Source: Eledone cirrhosa
Lineage: Eukaryota
Length of the DNA: 64,000 nt
NCBI GenBank assembly: GCA_964016885.1
Contig: OZ024743.1
Span: 347,386,001 to 347,450,000, forward strand
Direction of reading: 5' to 3'
The notes under the pieces were generated by a model. It was given only the letters and a program-made list of their open reading frames with translations, did no database searches and had not been told where the DNA came from. Both the position numbers and the translations under genes were made by a program. Shown piece by piece: positions 28,966-43,403 of this stretch (positions are counted from its first letter, which is position 1; each line of letters opens with the position of its first letter).

Positions 28966-29648
28966 GTGAGTTCTATATGTAACAATAGGTTGAATCAATG
29001 GATTAATAAACTGTTTTGTAATTTTACATCTTTGAAAATTAATTAAAGATGTATACATAAATCAAAATACCATGTTAACCAAATAAACAGTGTGCACATT
29101 TAAATAGGTTACTGATACGTAGAAGTCAGATTGCTCAACTCAAGTTTCAAACTCTTTCAAGAGAGTCGATACAAATGTTAGCGGAGAGAGAACGGCAATC
29201 ATTTCATAAATATTTCAGAATATAAAACCTCCAACACTGAAATTACTGAGGAGAGGACACTGATAGTCTAAAAACGTCAATTGTGTTCTCTAGACGATTT
29301 TCGAAAGTCTCATTAGAAAGACATTAATAATATTTGCCTTTAATGACAAATATCAAAAAGAAAGACCGCTCCTCATATATCAGTATATATATATATATGT
29401 ATATATATATACACTTATATATTTAAATCAACTGACAAACAAAGAGGGTATTTTAAATAATTTTATTATGGTCTACACGTGATTCAACTTTAATATTACT
29501 ATATAGGTGTCGTCAGAATAATAATTCGGGATTTGAAGGATGCGAGTCCCAAAGACAAAGAAGAATCCATAGACAATAAAGTAAATAATTCCAGGAGATA
29601 TTTTGAATCTTGTTTGCTGTCTGGAGTCACACGTGCATATATATATAT

Positions 29649-29787
29649 ATACTTGAGGTAGTAGAGTGGGTAAAATGAAAAGATTGAGGACCCCGATGGC
29701 CTGAGCTACCGCCGTTTCGATAGCAGCTGTCGAAACAGCTGGAGCTCAGCTGTCGGAGACCACAATATTTTCGTATATGTATGTATA

Positions 29788-29825
<38 letters not shown>

Positions 29826-30060
29826 CATATATATATACGAAAATATTGTGGACCCCGACAGCTGAGCTCCAGCTGTTTCGACAGCTGCTATCGAAACGGC
29901 GGTAGCTCAGGCCATCGGGGTCCTCAATCTTTTCATTTTACCCACTCTACTACCTCAAGTATCGAGTACTCTGGTGGGTTATGGTCTACCTAGTTTTTAC
30001 CACAAATATTTGCTCTACGGTTCTTATATATTTGATATATATTTATCCTTATCGAGCCCG
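29649..30060. mobile_element. Family W inverted duplication (~130-bp arms) around a (TA)n spacer
   Basis: 29649-29778 is approximately the reverse complement of 29833-29962. Each arm is itself an imperfect hairpin. Confidence 0.85.
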
Positions 30061-30064
30061 ATCC

Positions 30065-30495
<431 letters not shown>

Positions 30496-30567
30496 TATAT
30501 ATATTTCGTTTCTGAATTTGTTTAGCAATATTCTTTATCTGAAATCGTGTGTTGAAACCGATATTAT

Positions 30568-30663
<96 letters not shown>

Positions 30664-30986
30664 ATGGAAAAGTATGTGTGTTTGTGCGTGTGTATGTTTG
30701 CTTGTTTTAAATGATATGATGTGGATATTAATATCCTAGAAATTTCTTCCTAAACCTTGCTTAATTGCAATTTACGAAGCAATCCTAAATCTGCTACGGG
30801 TTCCCAACAAACATACACAATGCAAGTGGCATGGGAAACTATGTTAATATTTAATATACTCAGAAAGACGGACACACATTCATACATATATGAAACTATC
30901 GATACACGCACACACACATATACATATATACATACATACATATATATATATATAAATTATATATATATGTGTGTGAGTGTGTATGT

Positions 30987-31051
<65 letters not shown>

Positions 31052-31467
31052 GTGTGCGTGTGTGTGTGTGTGTGTGTGCGCGTTTGTGTGGATCTATATG
31101 TATATTTAAATACATATTTAAATACGACAGGAAGCGAATAACACCTGTATTGAAACAAACTAAAAAACCCTACTTAATTGTGAGAAAATATGAGTACAAC
31201 AAGGGAAGATATAAAAAAATATGTAAAAATATAATAACAATAGTCAAGAAAAAAAAACAGAAAAAAAACATAATTACTCAAATTTATGCAGAAAACCTAG
31301 ATACACAATAAATACAAATGAATCTAATTATAATGTCTATGTTATTGTTTTTCCTGTCTGTTAGGTGTTTTGAAATCGAATCTGATTTGTATTACGTTTG
31401 TATATATATATATATATATATATATATTTACACACACACACACATATATATATATTTATACATATAC

Positions 31468-31503
<36 letters not shown>

Positions 31504-31777
31504 GTGTGTGTGTGTGTGTGCGCGCCTGTTTGTGTGTACAGGTCATTGTGGATTTCACACTGGTGTGAATTGCAATGCAGCATTCTTTTTGTTTGTAAAA
31601 GTGGGTTGAAAACCTTTGTTATATATAGTGGATTGCATATTCCGCTGTCGATATCATCATCATCATCATCATCCTCTTTCTCGGTGACGCTTTTCTTCTT
31701 CTTCTTCTAGAAGTGGTATCGATATAATCTATTTTCTCTTGTCACCGAATTGTGTCTATTTATGAAAGGCAAAGCAA

Positions 31778-31910
31778 ATCCCGTCGAGGTTATCTTTGCC
31801 TTTCATACTTACGGGGTTGATAAAATAAAGCACCAGTAATACACTGAGGTTGATTTAATCGAACCCACTCCCTTCAAATTGCTGGATTGTGTCTAAAGTA
31901 GAAACATGTA
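31778..31910 (+). mobile_element. SINE, 5'-truncated
   Basis: Same core as 12797. Confidence 0.75.
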
Positions 31911-32135
31911 TTATTATCATTACAACTCGTTTTATTTTCATTGGGTGTCATAACTTTAAACAAAGCCTCAGTGTGCCTTGTGTATACAATGTGTTCTTTT
32001 TGGTTTTGTTATTTCTGTTGCATTCAGTGTTCTTTTCGTAGGAGTACAGCGCTTGATAACACTATTTCCTGTATGTGATATTATTGTATCCTAAGATTTC
32101 GGTTACCTATCTGCCTGTGTGTTTTTATTATTGCC

Positions 32136-32313
32136 GGATTGGCAGTATCAGTAGAGCGTCAGACGCCATGCTTTACAGCATAGAGTTAAGGCCCTCTGAG
32201 TTCAAATCCCGCCGAGGTTAACTTTGCCTTTCGTCCCTACGAGGTCGATAACATAGTACCAGTTATGCACTGGGGTAATTGCTGGCCTTGTGCCAAAAGT
32301 TGAAACAATTATT
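32136..32313 (+). mobile_element. tRNA-derived SINE
   Basis: Same family as 12797. Confidence 0.85.
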
Positions 32314-32619
32314 ATAGGGATACTTTCTGTTTTCGTCATTACCATTCAGAATAATTCTATCTCCATTTTCTTGATAGATATATCATCGTATATAGGGGAC
32401 TGATATGCCACTTAGAAGACATGGCTTTATTTTTTGTGTTTTCACTAAAATATCCGGCCAGTTAGCTTTCATCTCTCACTCTGTGTTTGTATTCGTATAT
32501 ACCACAATATGGTTGCTTTGCTTTTTCTGACACCTTTTCTGGAGTATGATCGTATCACATTTTTTTCCTATTTCATTTCGTAGTCTTAACATAATGGCGA
32601 TTTTATATAAATTTTAACT

Positions 32620-33540
32620 CTATAAAATATACATTTTATTCGCAATTGTATAAATAACATTACAAACAAATAAAAACAATGTGAGAAAGAAAGATAAAAG
32701 CAAAATTAAGAAATGAGAAAATTGAGAAGGGATAGGGAAAGGCAGATCTGACTTTATGGGAAAGTAGAGGAAATTACAATGAAAGCCGTAAATGAGGGGG
32801 TAGGAGGGGAATGCAAGGAATCTAGGGACAGAGCAGAAAAGGCGGAGTAAGGGAGATGTGATAGGTTTTGTCCTAAGGCATAGAGGTGTTGAGGCTGTGC
32901 CCCGCAGACAAGGCCTTAAAAGCAATTCCTTCGACAATTGCCAGTGACACCCGCTGCAACAGCCACTCGACCTCATGCAGAATAGCCCGGCAGATTGGGG
33001 TCTGAATACGCCCGAGGTCTCGACAGCGATCAGTTCGTACAATCCATGGTATTTGTCTGTCTTTCTTTCCTCTGCAATGCGGGTCGCAATTCCGGGGTTT
33101 GTGGTTGAAGCGACTCAGTTGGAGGCGGATAACGTGTCCCAAATTGTGGCATCCCCGATGAAAGATCTACCTCCTTCGAATGGGAAGAGAGTATATCCGT
33201 CGTGGCCTGTTGACTCCAGTTGTGATGTGAAGCCAGCTGCATCTAAACCCTTTTCAATGTGTCGTTGAGAGTGGCAGGTCGGGGGAATCGGCCTGCGCTC
33301 TGGATGCAGGCCACATTTCTTAACGACCTCCCCACAACAGCATTTATGTGGCTCGCACACGCAGAGGCCGAGGTGTTAGGCACTTCAATGCGGGTGCAAG
33401 CGTCATCAAAAAGGGTACCGGTGGATGAGGAGGGCACTGAATTTGTCTGTGAAGGGGCCAGGAGAATTACGAGGTGGTGTTGCTTCAAACCAAACTTGAT
33501 CCACCTGAAGGATCTCCCTTTGGCCAATACAAGGCAGTCA
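32620..33540 (-). mobile_element. CRE-clade non-LTR element 3' part (restriction-like endonuclease), decayed
   Basis: DGYTLFPFEGGRSFIGDATIWDTLS, IAVETSGVF and WLLQRVSLAIVEG. Confidence 0.75.
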
Positions 33541-33744
33541 GAGAAAATGTGGTTAACTGTTTCATCACACAACCATATATTCTGCATTACCTATTATGTA
33601 ATTTTGGTAATTTCTGATGGAGTGGCTTTGATTTTGTGCTGCAATTAGATATACTTTAGTCCCGACATTTTTAGTCTAACAAGGCACTTTCACCCAGATG
33701 TTTGTTGTAGGTGTCGTCATTCTACATTTGATTTCGTGTGGTTT

Positions 33745-33934
33745 GCGGTGGATTGGCAGTATCGGTAGAGCGTCAGACACCATGCTTTGCAGCTTAGAGT
33801 TATGGCTCTTTACATTCTGAGTTCAAATCCCGCCGAGGTTAACTTTGCCTTTCAACCTTACGGGGTCGATAAAATAAAGTACCAGTACTGCACTGGGTAA
33901 TTGCTGGCCTTGTGCCAAAAGTAGAAACAATTAT
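33745..33934 (+). mobile_element. tRNA-derived SINE
   Basis: Same family as 12797. Confidence 0.85.
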
Positions 33935-33949
33935 TTTTCTTCTTTTTAT

Positions 33950-34860
33950 GTCTCAGGTTTCCCTCTATTCGGAGAGGTACATCCTCGCAAGGTGGAGATA
34001 ATATTTTGCTGATATCCTAAACCAAGTACACAGCACACAACACACAAAACCAAGATGGTGTAGGACAGAACACAGGAGAGACACAGAATAACAAATCTGT
34101 CACTGATGAGATGACAGAATGTATGACGACAGAGCTTTGACAATAAATAAACAACCATCCGGTTATTGAAGCAACCAAGCGAAAATGTGTAATAAATTGA
34201 AGGTAAACCAACATATGCATGTGTTCTTAGATGCGACGTTTCGGGCATAAGCCCTTCTTCAGGAGTAAATAGGTTAGGAAGAGAGTTAAGAGGGTGTGTG
34301 GAAATGCATTTAGAAAAAAAGAGGGAAGGAGAACAAACAAATATAAAAATAAACGTAAAAATAAACATAAGAATAAACAATAAGGGGGACAAGTGGTGGA
34401 AGGGTGTGATGCGTTTAAGGGTGGTGACGGGTGGAGTTTAGAGAGGGAGGCGGGGGGTCGAAGCGAGGAAGGCTGAAGGTGGTGTTTGTGTATGTGTGTA
34501 CGTGTACGTGAGTGTGTGTGCGTTTGTATGTGAGAGTTTGAGGAAGAACGAGGTTCCATGTTCAGGAAAAGGTGTGTGCATGGGGTGGGGTGTAAGTCGG
34601 CGTGTGCGTGCGTGTGGAAGGAGAGAGGTCAGGGGGTGGGGGAGGTGGCGTGTGGATTCCGGAGGATGTGTATATGTGGGGGTACGCACGTGTGTGTTTG
34701 TGTTTATATGCGGTGTGGATGTGGGTGGCGTGGTGCAAAAAGAAATGTGTGAGTGTATGTTCGTGGGTAAGGTCCTGAGGTAGTTGCATCAGATGTGTGG
34801 AGAGGTGCTGGATATTTTTCAAGATATCGAGTGGATCGTTGGAGAGATGACCGAAGGTGT
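33950..34860 (-). mobile_element. Probable PLE-derived fragment (pLTR-like) with an HHR motif
   Basis: Contains the HHR-like core below. TFGHLSNDPL resembles the PLE TY..L..DP motif. Confidence 0.45.
34235..34262 (-). ncRNA. Minimal hammerhead core; stem I not evident
   Basis: Minus strand CTGAAGA-A-GGGC-TTAT-GCCC-GAAAC-GTC. Confidence 0.55.
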
Positions 34861-34928
34861 AGAATCCAATGTTGGTATAATATACAATGATAATAAATAA
34901 ATGGAGACTATATTTTTAAAACCATATT

Positions 34929-34989
34929 TATTCTATTATATATATTTCAAGGGTACCAACACGTTGGTACGCCCTCATCAGATAAAATA
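34929..34989 (-). ncRNA. Type I hammerhead ribozyme (same family as 55158)
   Basis: TATTTTAT-CTGATGA-GGG-C-GTACCAAC-GT-GTTGGTAC-C-CTT-GAA-ATATATAT-A-ATAGAATA. Confidence 0.75.
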
Positions 34990-35117
34990 CAAATTTTGTT
35001 TTATAAATATTGACATAACCAGGAAGAGGATCTTAACAGTTCAGGTTTTTCCTGAATTACCAACAAATTAAATACCCATTTGCTTATATATATTATATAT
35101 ATATATATATATAATTA

Positions 35118-35186
<69 letters not shown>

Positions 35187-35273
35187 GTATGTGTGTGTGT
35201 ATGTATATATATATATATGTGTGTGTGTGTATGTGTGCTTGTGTGTGTGTGTATGTGTGCTTGTGTGTCTGTG

Positions 35274-35320
<47 letters not shown>

Positions 35321-35407
35321 TTAAATATCAAACTCATACTTTCTCCTAACCGTCATTCTAATAAAATAGTGTTTTGCATCTCTGTGTTTGTCTTTTCATT
35401 TCAGAAC

Positions 35408-35464
<57 letters not shown>

Positions 35465-35725
35465 CAATATACATGTGCGCATATATGTATTTATGTTCTT
35501 GTGAGTGTCTGTTTGAGGTTGCAATTACTTTTGCACAGAGGGATGAAAGTGTGTCCAAATTTAGATGCGTACATGTATTTGTGAGCGTGAAATCTATATA
35601 GTATGATATATAACATATAAAATGAGATAGAAATAGTAAATATAATGATACATAATTTTCTATACAAAAACGCAGCCTTGCAGCCTAGACTTCCTGAATG
35701 GTTTCTACCTTCCATAATTCCTTAC

Positions 35726-35833
35726 AAATTCCTTTCATAATTTCTTGACCTAAAAGTAGCTCGTACCATATTTCGATGTAGTCCCACAAATATTGATTAG
35801 TTTCATCTCCCTGCCGGAAATCTATCTTTTCCA
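35726..35833 (-). CDS. Candidate 108-bp phase-1/1 exon (xEKIDFRQGDETNQYLWDYIEIWYELLLGQEIMKGI)
   Basis: tattatttgcag acceptor, T|gtaagg donor and an open frame. Alternative donors exist. Confidence 0.25.
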
Positions 35834-36125
35834 CTGCAAATAATATAGAGTTGAAATCATTATCTATAATCTGACCATCGATGAACTAAAAAAAAGGAAA
35901 ATAAAATATTAAAATAATGCAAACATATTTCTGCATAAAAATATATAAACACATATACTTAAACACACATGCATACATGATAATAGTGTATGCCTGTGTT
36001 GCGAATGTGTGCCTGTGTCTGTGTGTATGTGTATGTGTGTATGTGTGTGTAGATGCGACATATGTAACCTATTAATTGCATATACAAAGTACACACAAAT
36101 TCATACATATACATGTACGTATGTA

Positions 36126-36174
<49 letters not shown>

Positions 36175-36354
36175 GTGTATATATATATATATATATTTAT
36201 ATAAGTTTATATATATATATATTTATATATGTATATATATATATATTCATATATATATATATATTTATTTATTTATTTATTTATATATAAATATATGAAA
36301 ATTATACTGTGACATTTTGCCAATAGTGCTTCGATCGGATTGATCTTTTGAAGC

Positions 36355-36451
<97 letters not shown>

Positions 36452-36719
36452 ACATACATATGTGTGTTTGTGTGTGTGTGTGTGTGTTTGTGTATCTCTA
36501 TAAAGAGAGAGATAGTTAGATAGATAGATTGACACATACATACATAGGTATGTCTTAAAAAAATATGCAATACAGAATATTATAAAATAGCATAAATTTA
36601 AAACGTATATACCATAAAAACGTTTCCTTTTGATATTTGCAGCAGATGCTTGAAGATTTGTATTGACCGTATATTTCGCGTGTGTGTTGCTATGTGGGTC
36701 TGTGTGAGTAGATGATTGC

Positions 36720-37050
36720 GTAGGCGGTGGGGTTTCGGTTGTGATGGTGATGGTGCTTTTATTTGGTGTGTGGTGGTGTTGTTTGTGATGCAGGCGTTGG
36801 TGGAAATTATGATGGTGGTGGTCGGTGGTGGTGTAGGTGGTGATGATTGCGGTGTTGGAGATGACGGTGGTGATGGTGGTGATGGAGATGATGATGGTTG
36901 TGGTGGTGGAGGCCACACTTATTGTTCATATGTGTGTTTAATTTGGAAGTGATGGTGTCATAGTTGTGATTTATTTGCTGTCTGTGTTGCTGTTTTGTTG
37001 TTGGTGGAAATTGTGGCAGTAGTGGTGCTGGTGGTTTGAATGTTGTTGTT
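36720..37050. repeat. Degenerate (GGT/GAT)n low-complexity tract
   Basis: Direct reading. Confidence 0.85.
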
Positions 37051-38368
37051 AATGACCCTGTATACTAGTGGAAACTGTGAGAATGACTATGTTTGCGCGT
37101 GTGTGTTTGCTTGTGCATGGTGGTGATATTAATACGGGCAGTGGTTCTGATATTGTTAGTGGTGATGGTGTTGCCCCGATGTTTATATAAACACAGGTCA
37201 TTCCTGATCGATCAACTATATAATTTGTTGGCAGTCGGTCGATTGACGAAGCATGACTCACAGATCCATCTTCTCAGTTGTGCTATGTCTCCAGGTAGCT
37301 GAAGATCGTACTACACATTCTGACACGCAGGGATGAAATTTAAATGGATGTGTGACATTGTAGATATTGTTACACTCACTCAATTTTACAATCTAATCCC
37401 GGTCACCCATAGATTTAGTATTGTTCATAGTTGAAGCAAGTAAAATGAAGTTTGAATGATAGTTCCAACTTCTCTGCAATTATTGTTCGTGCATGTCGCT
37501 CAGCATAATCTCGGGGTGGGGGGTTAGTAAGCTTTTTAATATTTCAGCTATTTCTGTGCGTATATGTTCTTTGTGTTTGTCTGGCATGAGTGGTTGAGAG
37601 AGTGTTCTAACGATGCCCGGTTATTTCGGATGGTGTATTTAGTATGTGTGCTTGGTGGGACTTTTCCTTCTACTTGGTGCCGGAACCCAACTTCGGCATC
37701 GATACCGAAGTCTTCCAGGGATGTCTTCTGGCTCCATTCTTTTTTTGTGATATACCGGGATCATGCACAGCGCAATTCCATTGCTAAAATGTCGGCAAAG
37801 CACCCGATGTTTTACCTTAATTGGCTTACTCATTTGATATAGTTCTCCTAGAAATCAGCAGCAAAGAAGATGATGTGTTACACATAGTGGAGGTTGCAGT
37901 GCTGTCCACTGTGCTCAATCTGAATGCTGATAAAAAAAACTTCATATATTTCAATGCAACATCAAATTACCTAATTCTAGACGGTTTGGCGATTGATGAA
38001 ATAAATGATATCTTGGCAGTTCCATGAATATAGAACATGATGTAGATAACAATGAAAACGAGAAAACAATGAAAATGAGGCTATTCAAAACAACGGTTGA
38101 GACAATTCTCCGCTATGGATGTGATTCATGGACATTAACAAACACACTCCGAAAGAAGTTCAATGGCACATACAGGCGAATGTTGAGAAAGGTCTAGAGC
38201 ATCTGAAAAAACATCCGTAACAAAGGAATCGATCTAACGATCATAACCTCGTAACTCTGTGATCATAAGACGATGGAGGCTCGCGTTACCGGGACATGAG
38301 AAATATCAAAATTATCCTGCCGAAAAGTTTGTCTCTGATAGCCAGCTATATATATATATATATATATA

Positions 38369-38925
38369 TACATTATGAAGAGAGAAGAAACATTTAGATA
38401 TAATTAGTAATAAAATGTATCATACCTAAACTGCTCGTGACAACTGGAAAGCTTCCATTACTCATACTTCTCGCCTTCTTCACCACCTCTTCTACGGCCT
38501 CGATATGAATACCCCCTCCGCCTCCGTGGTATTTTCTTCTTGGTTATAGGAGGCTTAGCTTTGTTTCTCGACCGTTATATCGCGTGACTATCTCCCCCTC
38601 CGCCTTTTGGGATTCTTTCTCACGTCGTGTAGACGCGTTCTTGAGACTAGTAAAATGAGGTATCCTCTTGATAAGTCGGCAGACCTCGCAAGGACTCTAT
38701 ATCTTTGATATATTGTTTTTATTTATGCCACGAAACTACGTAGTCGAGGAATTTAGGAGCAGTTTAGGTATGATACATTTTATTACTAATTATATCTAAA
38801 TGTTTCTTCTCTCTTCATAATGTATTTTTAACTCTGATACTGGTTCAGTCTAGTTCAACTGAATTGGTCTGTCCCAGTCATTCATTGAGCAACATCGGTG
38901 AAGTTGGCACCCTTAACTCACAGTT
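38369..38925 (+). mobile_element. Non-coding HHR-bearing element with perfect 68-bp inverted arms (38369-38436/38757-38824)
   Basis: Exact reverse complement read directly. The left arm abuts (TA)n. Confidence 0.75.
38663..38750 (+). ncRNA. Type I hammerhead, U3-A8 core variant with a long loop 2
   Basis: TCCTC-TTGATAA-GT-C-GGCA...TGCC-AC-GAAAC-TACGTA-GTC-GAGGA. Confidence 0.7.
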
Positions 38926-39599
38926 GGGTGCGGATGCATTCATGTATATATGTGTGTGTCCGCATGTATCTGTGTGTTTCTAAATATATTATATATATAT
39001 ATATATATATGTACAGACAATTTATGAGATCAAATATCATAATGAACGATGTTCATCAAGATGGAATTCGGTTGAAAGCAAGGAATCTTCAAATGACGAT
39101 GCTGGACAGATGAAGCTAGAGGACGAACTTCGTCGAGGCATCGGTAGTGGATGTATAGAAAAAGAAGAAATTATTCTCTTCTAATTATTAATGATTTTCC
39201 AAATTAAATGTTAAAGGCAGTGCCATTCATTAGAAATATATTTACGAAAGTGTTAAAGTGGTGTTTTGTCTTATTTCTTAATTGTGAGAGCTCGATTAGA
39301 TGACCTGGATGCTTTGTTGATATCCATGATGCAAGCGGAACGGTTTTTGTTTATTTTCTCCACTAGATGGGTTTATTTCCTATGAAACTACGTTGATGGT
39401 TTATTTCCTATGAATGGAATCCGTTTAATAACTTGAAAAATAGTTAGTGATATCTAGTATTAGAACATCGATTCACTTACATTGACTTATAATAACACTC
39501 TTAAATACAGACACACAAACACGCTATCATATACACAATTTCTCCACCTATCTAACATTGAGACAAGTGCCCTAGCTGGAGACAAGTGCCCTAGCTGGA

Positions 39600-42130
39600 G
39601 ACAACCATGTTGCCGCATAGTGCTCCAGTCCCCCGCTCCTCGTCCCACCTTCCATCCTCAAGAGTCGTCACCTGTAGCACATACACCACCATGAACAGGC
39701 TGAAGAAAGGACGCAACTATTTGGGGTGTGGCTGCTTCCACCATAATTCTTGTGTTGGCTTGGCGTGGAGATACAGCAACTGTCTCTTCGCTTCATCTGC
39801 ACAGCTGCAACCGCCCATGACACCACCAGATGAGACAGAAAGCTTGTCTGATGCTCAAGCCTCATTAGTCAGAATTATCGTCTCAGGCGGCTTCGGATGA
39901 TTCCTCTCAAGATCATGAAAGCAGCCCGGGTGTCGATGGCCGACGCCCTCGTATCCTGAATGGAGAGGGCCCTGGACTCTTATCGAGCCAATGACTGGGA
40001 GCATCTCTTCTATTTCACCCCACTCACCTAGGCCTCCCCAACTCTGGCGCTGACCGGGGCGGCCAGTCGAAAGCAGCTTTCGTCAATCTCAACGTTTCGC
40101 CGTTTGGGCAAGGGCCTTTGCCAAGTGTACCCAAGAATACCATGGCCTCTACTCTCAAGTGCCTTCAATCCCCCCCTCCTGATGCCAATGCCAAGCGTTT
40201 ACGCGACAACGTAAAGGCCAAAATAATCGTGGGTGATGTCGCGACCGTGATCAGAGTGGTCGCCTCGAAGGAAGACTTACCTGCATTTTCGCTCAAGAAT
40301 TCTGAGCCGCATGCAAACCTCAGACCCATTCCTCCATCTGATCCTGGCCTGCTCTATCTAGCATCAGACACATACATCATGTCTGCCATTAAATTCTTCC
40401 ATGCCAGCATCAGATTAGGTATTGATGGTCTCCGACTTAGCCACCTCAATATGGTGCTATCCCACATATCAGCTGAAGAAAGGTGCCACCTTCTGAGTGC
40501 AATTATAACACTCACCAACAGGTTCATATATGGCGCCCTGAACCCTAATAACCGAAGCCTCTTCTTTTCAGCCAGCCTGGCCATTCCCAGGAAGAAACAG
40601 TGTGGAATATTCTCCATCAGTTAGACCTCGAGCTCAACTCATACAAACCGTAGGTGGGGAATGTGAACCACGAAGCATAGGGCTTTACAGCCCCCAGCTC
40701 GGACGTGGTATCTATTCTCCGCCAGGAGCAGGTGAACCCGAAAGAGGATGTCCTCATCATCCGCCCCACCATCAGGTCTAGGTTCCAGCAGCTCATGACC
40801 CTCACAAGCTGACTGGACATGATTGATGCACATCCAGCACTTTTCCTGTTGAGGAACTACTTCGCTCTGCCGAAGATCCTCTACAAATTTCGTAGCGTTC
40901 CATGCTACAGACACGCACCTCTCCACACAGATCTCGATACTTGCATCTGAGTGGTAGCTGATGAAGTATGCAATGCCATTTTTGATGACTTTGGATGACA
41001 ACAGTCCATCTTAACTGTTAGAAACGGGGTCCTTCGTCTCCGTCTCCGATCTCGCTGTCTTAGCCGGCGTTTCTTTTAGTGGGTAACTACTTACCGTGTC
41101 CTTATGAACACGTTTCTCCACAAGACAACGGAACACACTGTGATGGAGAAACGCGAGACCGCCTCCGAGTCTTGGAACAGGCTCTGACACCACATAGTAG
41201 ACGTCCCTCCTCGTCTTTTCCCAATAGACATCAAATCAAAACTGCGCATAAGAGTGGTCGTATGGAGCCCCGAGAATGCTCCTTGCTGCCGAATCGGTCA
41301 TACATTCAGCCGCTGCTTCGAATGTTTTCGCTCGGCCTCATAACCCCACAGCGGTTTCTAGCTCAATCTGTTACTCTTCTTTTCAACTGGAACGCAGCTG
41401 GCTAATGATAGCCTGGAAACCAGATTTCTCTTAGCCTAGGCCTTCGATTTGCGAGCCACACAAATGTCATTGCGGATCAACCGTAGACTCTTTCAGCCTC
41501 TACTCGCTGTCCTGTCGCTAAAGTTACGGCTGCCTTCCACGCTATGCTGCTCTCAACGAGGTCATAAAACATAGTTTGGATGCTGCAGGCTTCCCTTCCC
41601 AACTCTAGCTGGTGGGGCCGGACCGAAGGGGCGTAAAAGACCAGGTGGTATGAGCCTCTTCCCATTCAGTGTTTGTAAATCCCTCATTTTCAATGCCACA
41701 TGCAGCGACACATTCTCCAGCGGCAATCTGGTTAATCTGCGACTAACCAAGGTTGCACTTTGGGCCAAGAACGGTAAACTCTCCAATATATCGGTGGCTC
41801 TCCGATAGTTTTGCCGTTCGAGCCCGTAGCCATGGAGACTTCTGGTGTCCTTGGCTCTAAAATCACGCCCCTACTCACCACTATCGGCAGACAGTTGGCT
41901 ACCAACAGCTGTGAACCTTGCAAGCTGGAATGGCTCTTCCAGCGCGTTTCCCTCACCATCCTCCGGGGAAACGCCTTATCTATTCTATCCGCTGGGGCCG
42001 CGGGGTGGCCAGCGAGTGGGACCCAATTTGCTTCTAATAGTGAGGGACTGAGAGAGCGAGTGAGACGGACGTAGTGACAGTGGGTGTTTGGTTCCATTGT
42101 GTTCGGACCTGGTGTATATGTAGATATTTA
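39600..42130 (+). mobile_element. Decayed, internally deleted CRE-clade non-LTR retrotransposon
   Basis: KIIVGDVATVIRVVAS, AIKFF....LGIDGLRLSHL, FFSASLAIPRKKQCGI and C-terminal FEPVAMETSGVLG...LFQRVSLTILRGNALSIL. Confidence 0.8.
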
Positions 42131-42633
42131 TTTACCGCACCGCATTAATATTTATCTATCCATTATTATAGAAAAACATTAACCATTCATACATAGGTAG
42201 TTTGACACTCTACACACCCATAGTGTTTAACGATATTATGTTGCCTAGAAGTAGAAATTCAACATTGTGTGGCAACATATTTCGATAATATGAAATCAAT
42301 AAAATGTGTTTTGAAGGGTCAAATATACATATTGATTAACAGTGATAATAAATAGAAATATTGATAATCTAGACATTGAGATAGCATGACTGCATATAGA
42401 CCAGCTTTCGTGGCACCTTAGACACGGACGTGTTTGCTTACTTAAGCTTTCTTTTTATTGTTTCATTCTTTCCTTTTTTATCTTTCCTTCCAGCTTTCCT
42501 TTTGTGATTGACTATTTAATCATAGTATACAAACAAACGAACATACATACATACATATATCAGTATGAATATAACTATAAAAAATAAATGAAATATATAA
42601 ATACATACATATATATATAAAATATATATATAT

Positions 42634-42669
<36 letters not shown>

Positions 42670-43081
42670 CTGTGCGTGTGTATGTGTGAATACATACACA
42701 AAGATATATAAGTACAGCTTACACGAACAGAGACTTGGAAATAAAATCAGGTCAGATATTGAAATAAATGTATATAAAGTATACTCTATCTCTCAGAACA
42801 TTGTGTCTTAGCAGTATAATTCATATATTTCTGTAACCACATAATGCCTGAATCAGCAAGACTTCAAAGTTTATGATGATCAGTATGTATACAATAACAC
42901 AATAAACAGTAATATAACTATTGTTTTTCGGAGTTGAAAAGTATAGAAATGTAAACGCATTTTCTTGAACTATTCTTACAAAGGAAAACTACAGAAATTG
43001 AAAGAACAAGTTTCACAGTTATTTGGCTGTTCCTCATTGGAAAAGTACACTTCAATTCTGCTTTCGAAGAGAATTTCTTAC

Positions 43082-43126
43082 AAATCTCTCTATATATATG
43101 TACACCAAACACAGACCAGAATTTGT
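43082..43126 (-). CDS. Candidate 45-bp phase-1/1 exon (xKFWSVFGVHIYREI)
   Basis: ttactttgttcag acceptor and T|gtaaga donor. Short, so it may be a chance match. Confidence 0.18.
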
Positions 43127-43300
43127 CTGAACAAAGTAATTTAAGCCACATAGTGTATATTTACTACCCGTTAGATAAATTTAGTATGAAGTTGATGTTA
43201 GTATAATTACAGTTTCTAAAAGAAACTTATGAATCAAAATAAAAGATTTGTACTTATGAACTGGCGACAGGGTATTCTCTATTCTAAAAGATAAGTTTTT

Positions 43301-43330
43301 ACTACTACTACTACTACTACTAGTACTACA

Positions 43331-43391
<61 letters not shown>

Positions 43392-43403
43392 ATACTACTA
43401 CTA
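43301..43403. repeat. (CTA)n microsatellite
   Basis: Direct reading. Confidence 0.95.

Larger units (their letters stand above)
37830..39145 (+). mobile_element. Decayed RTE-like LINE interrupted by a nested insertion (~38347-39012)
   Basis: DIVLL...LNLNADK and KMRLFKTTVETILRYGCDSWTLT...GTYRRMLR before the insertion; LQMTMLDR 3'-end motif after it. Confidence 0.65.

Noticed and set aside
29235-29290. CTGAGGA...AAAACGTC hammerhead-like remnant
   Set aside because: GAAA is mutated and the stems are unconvincing.
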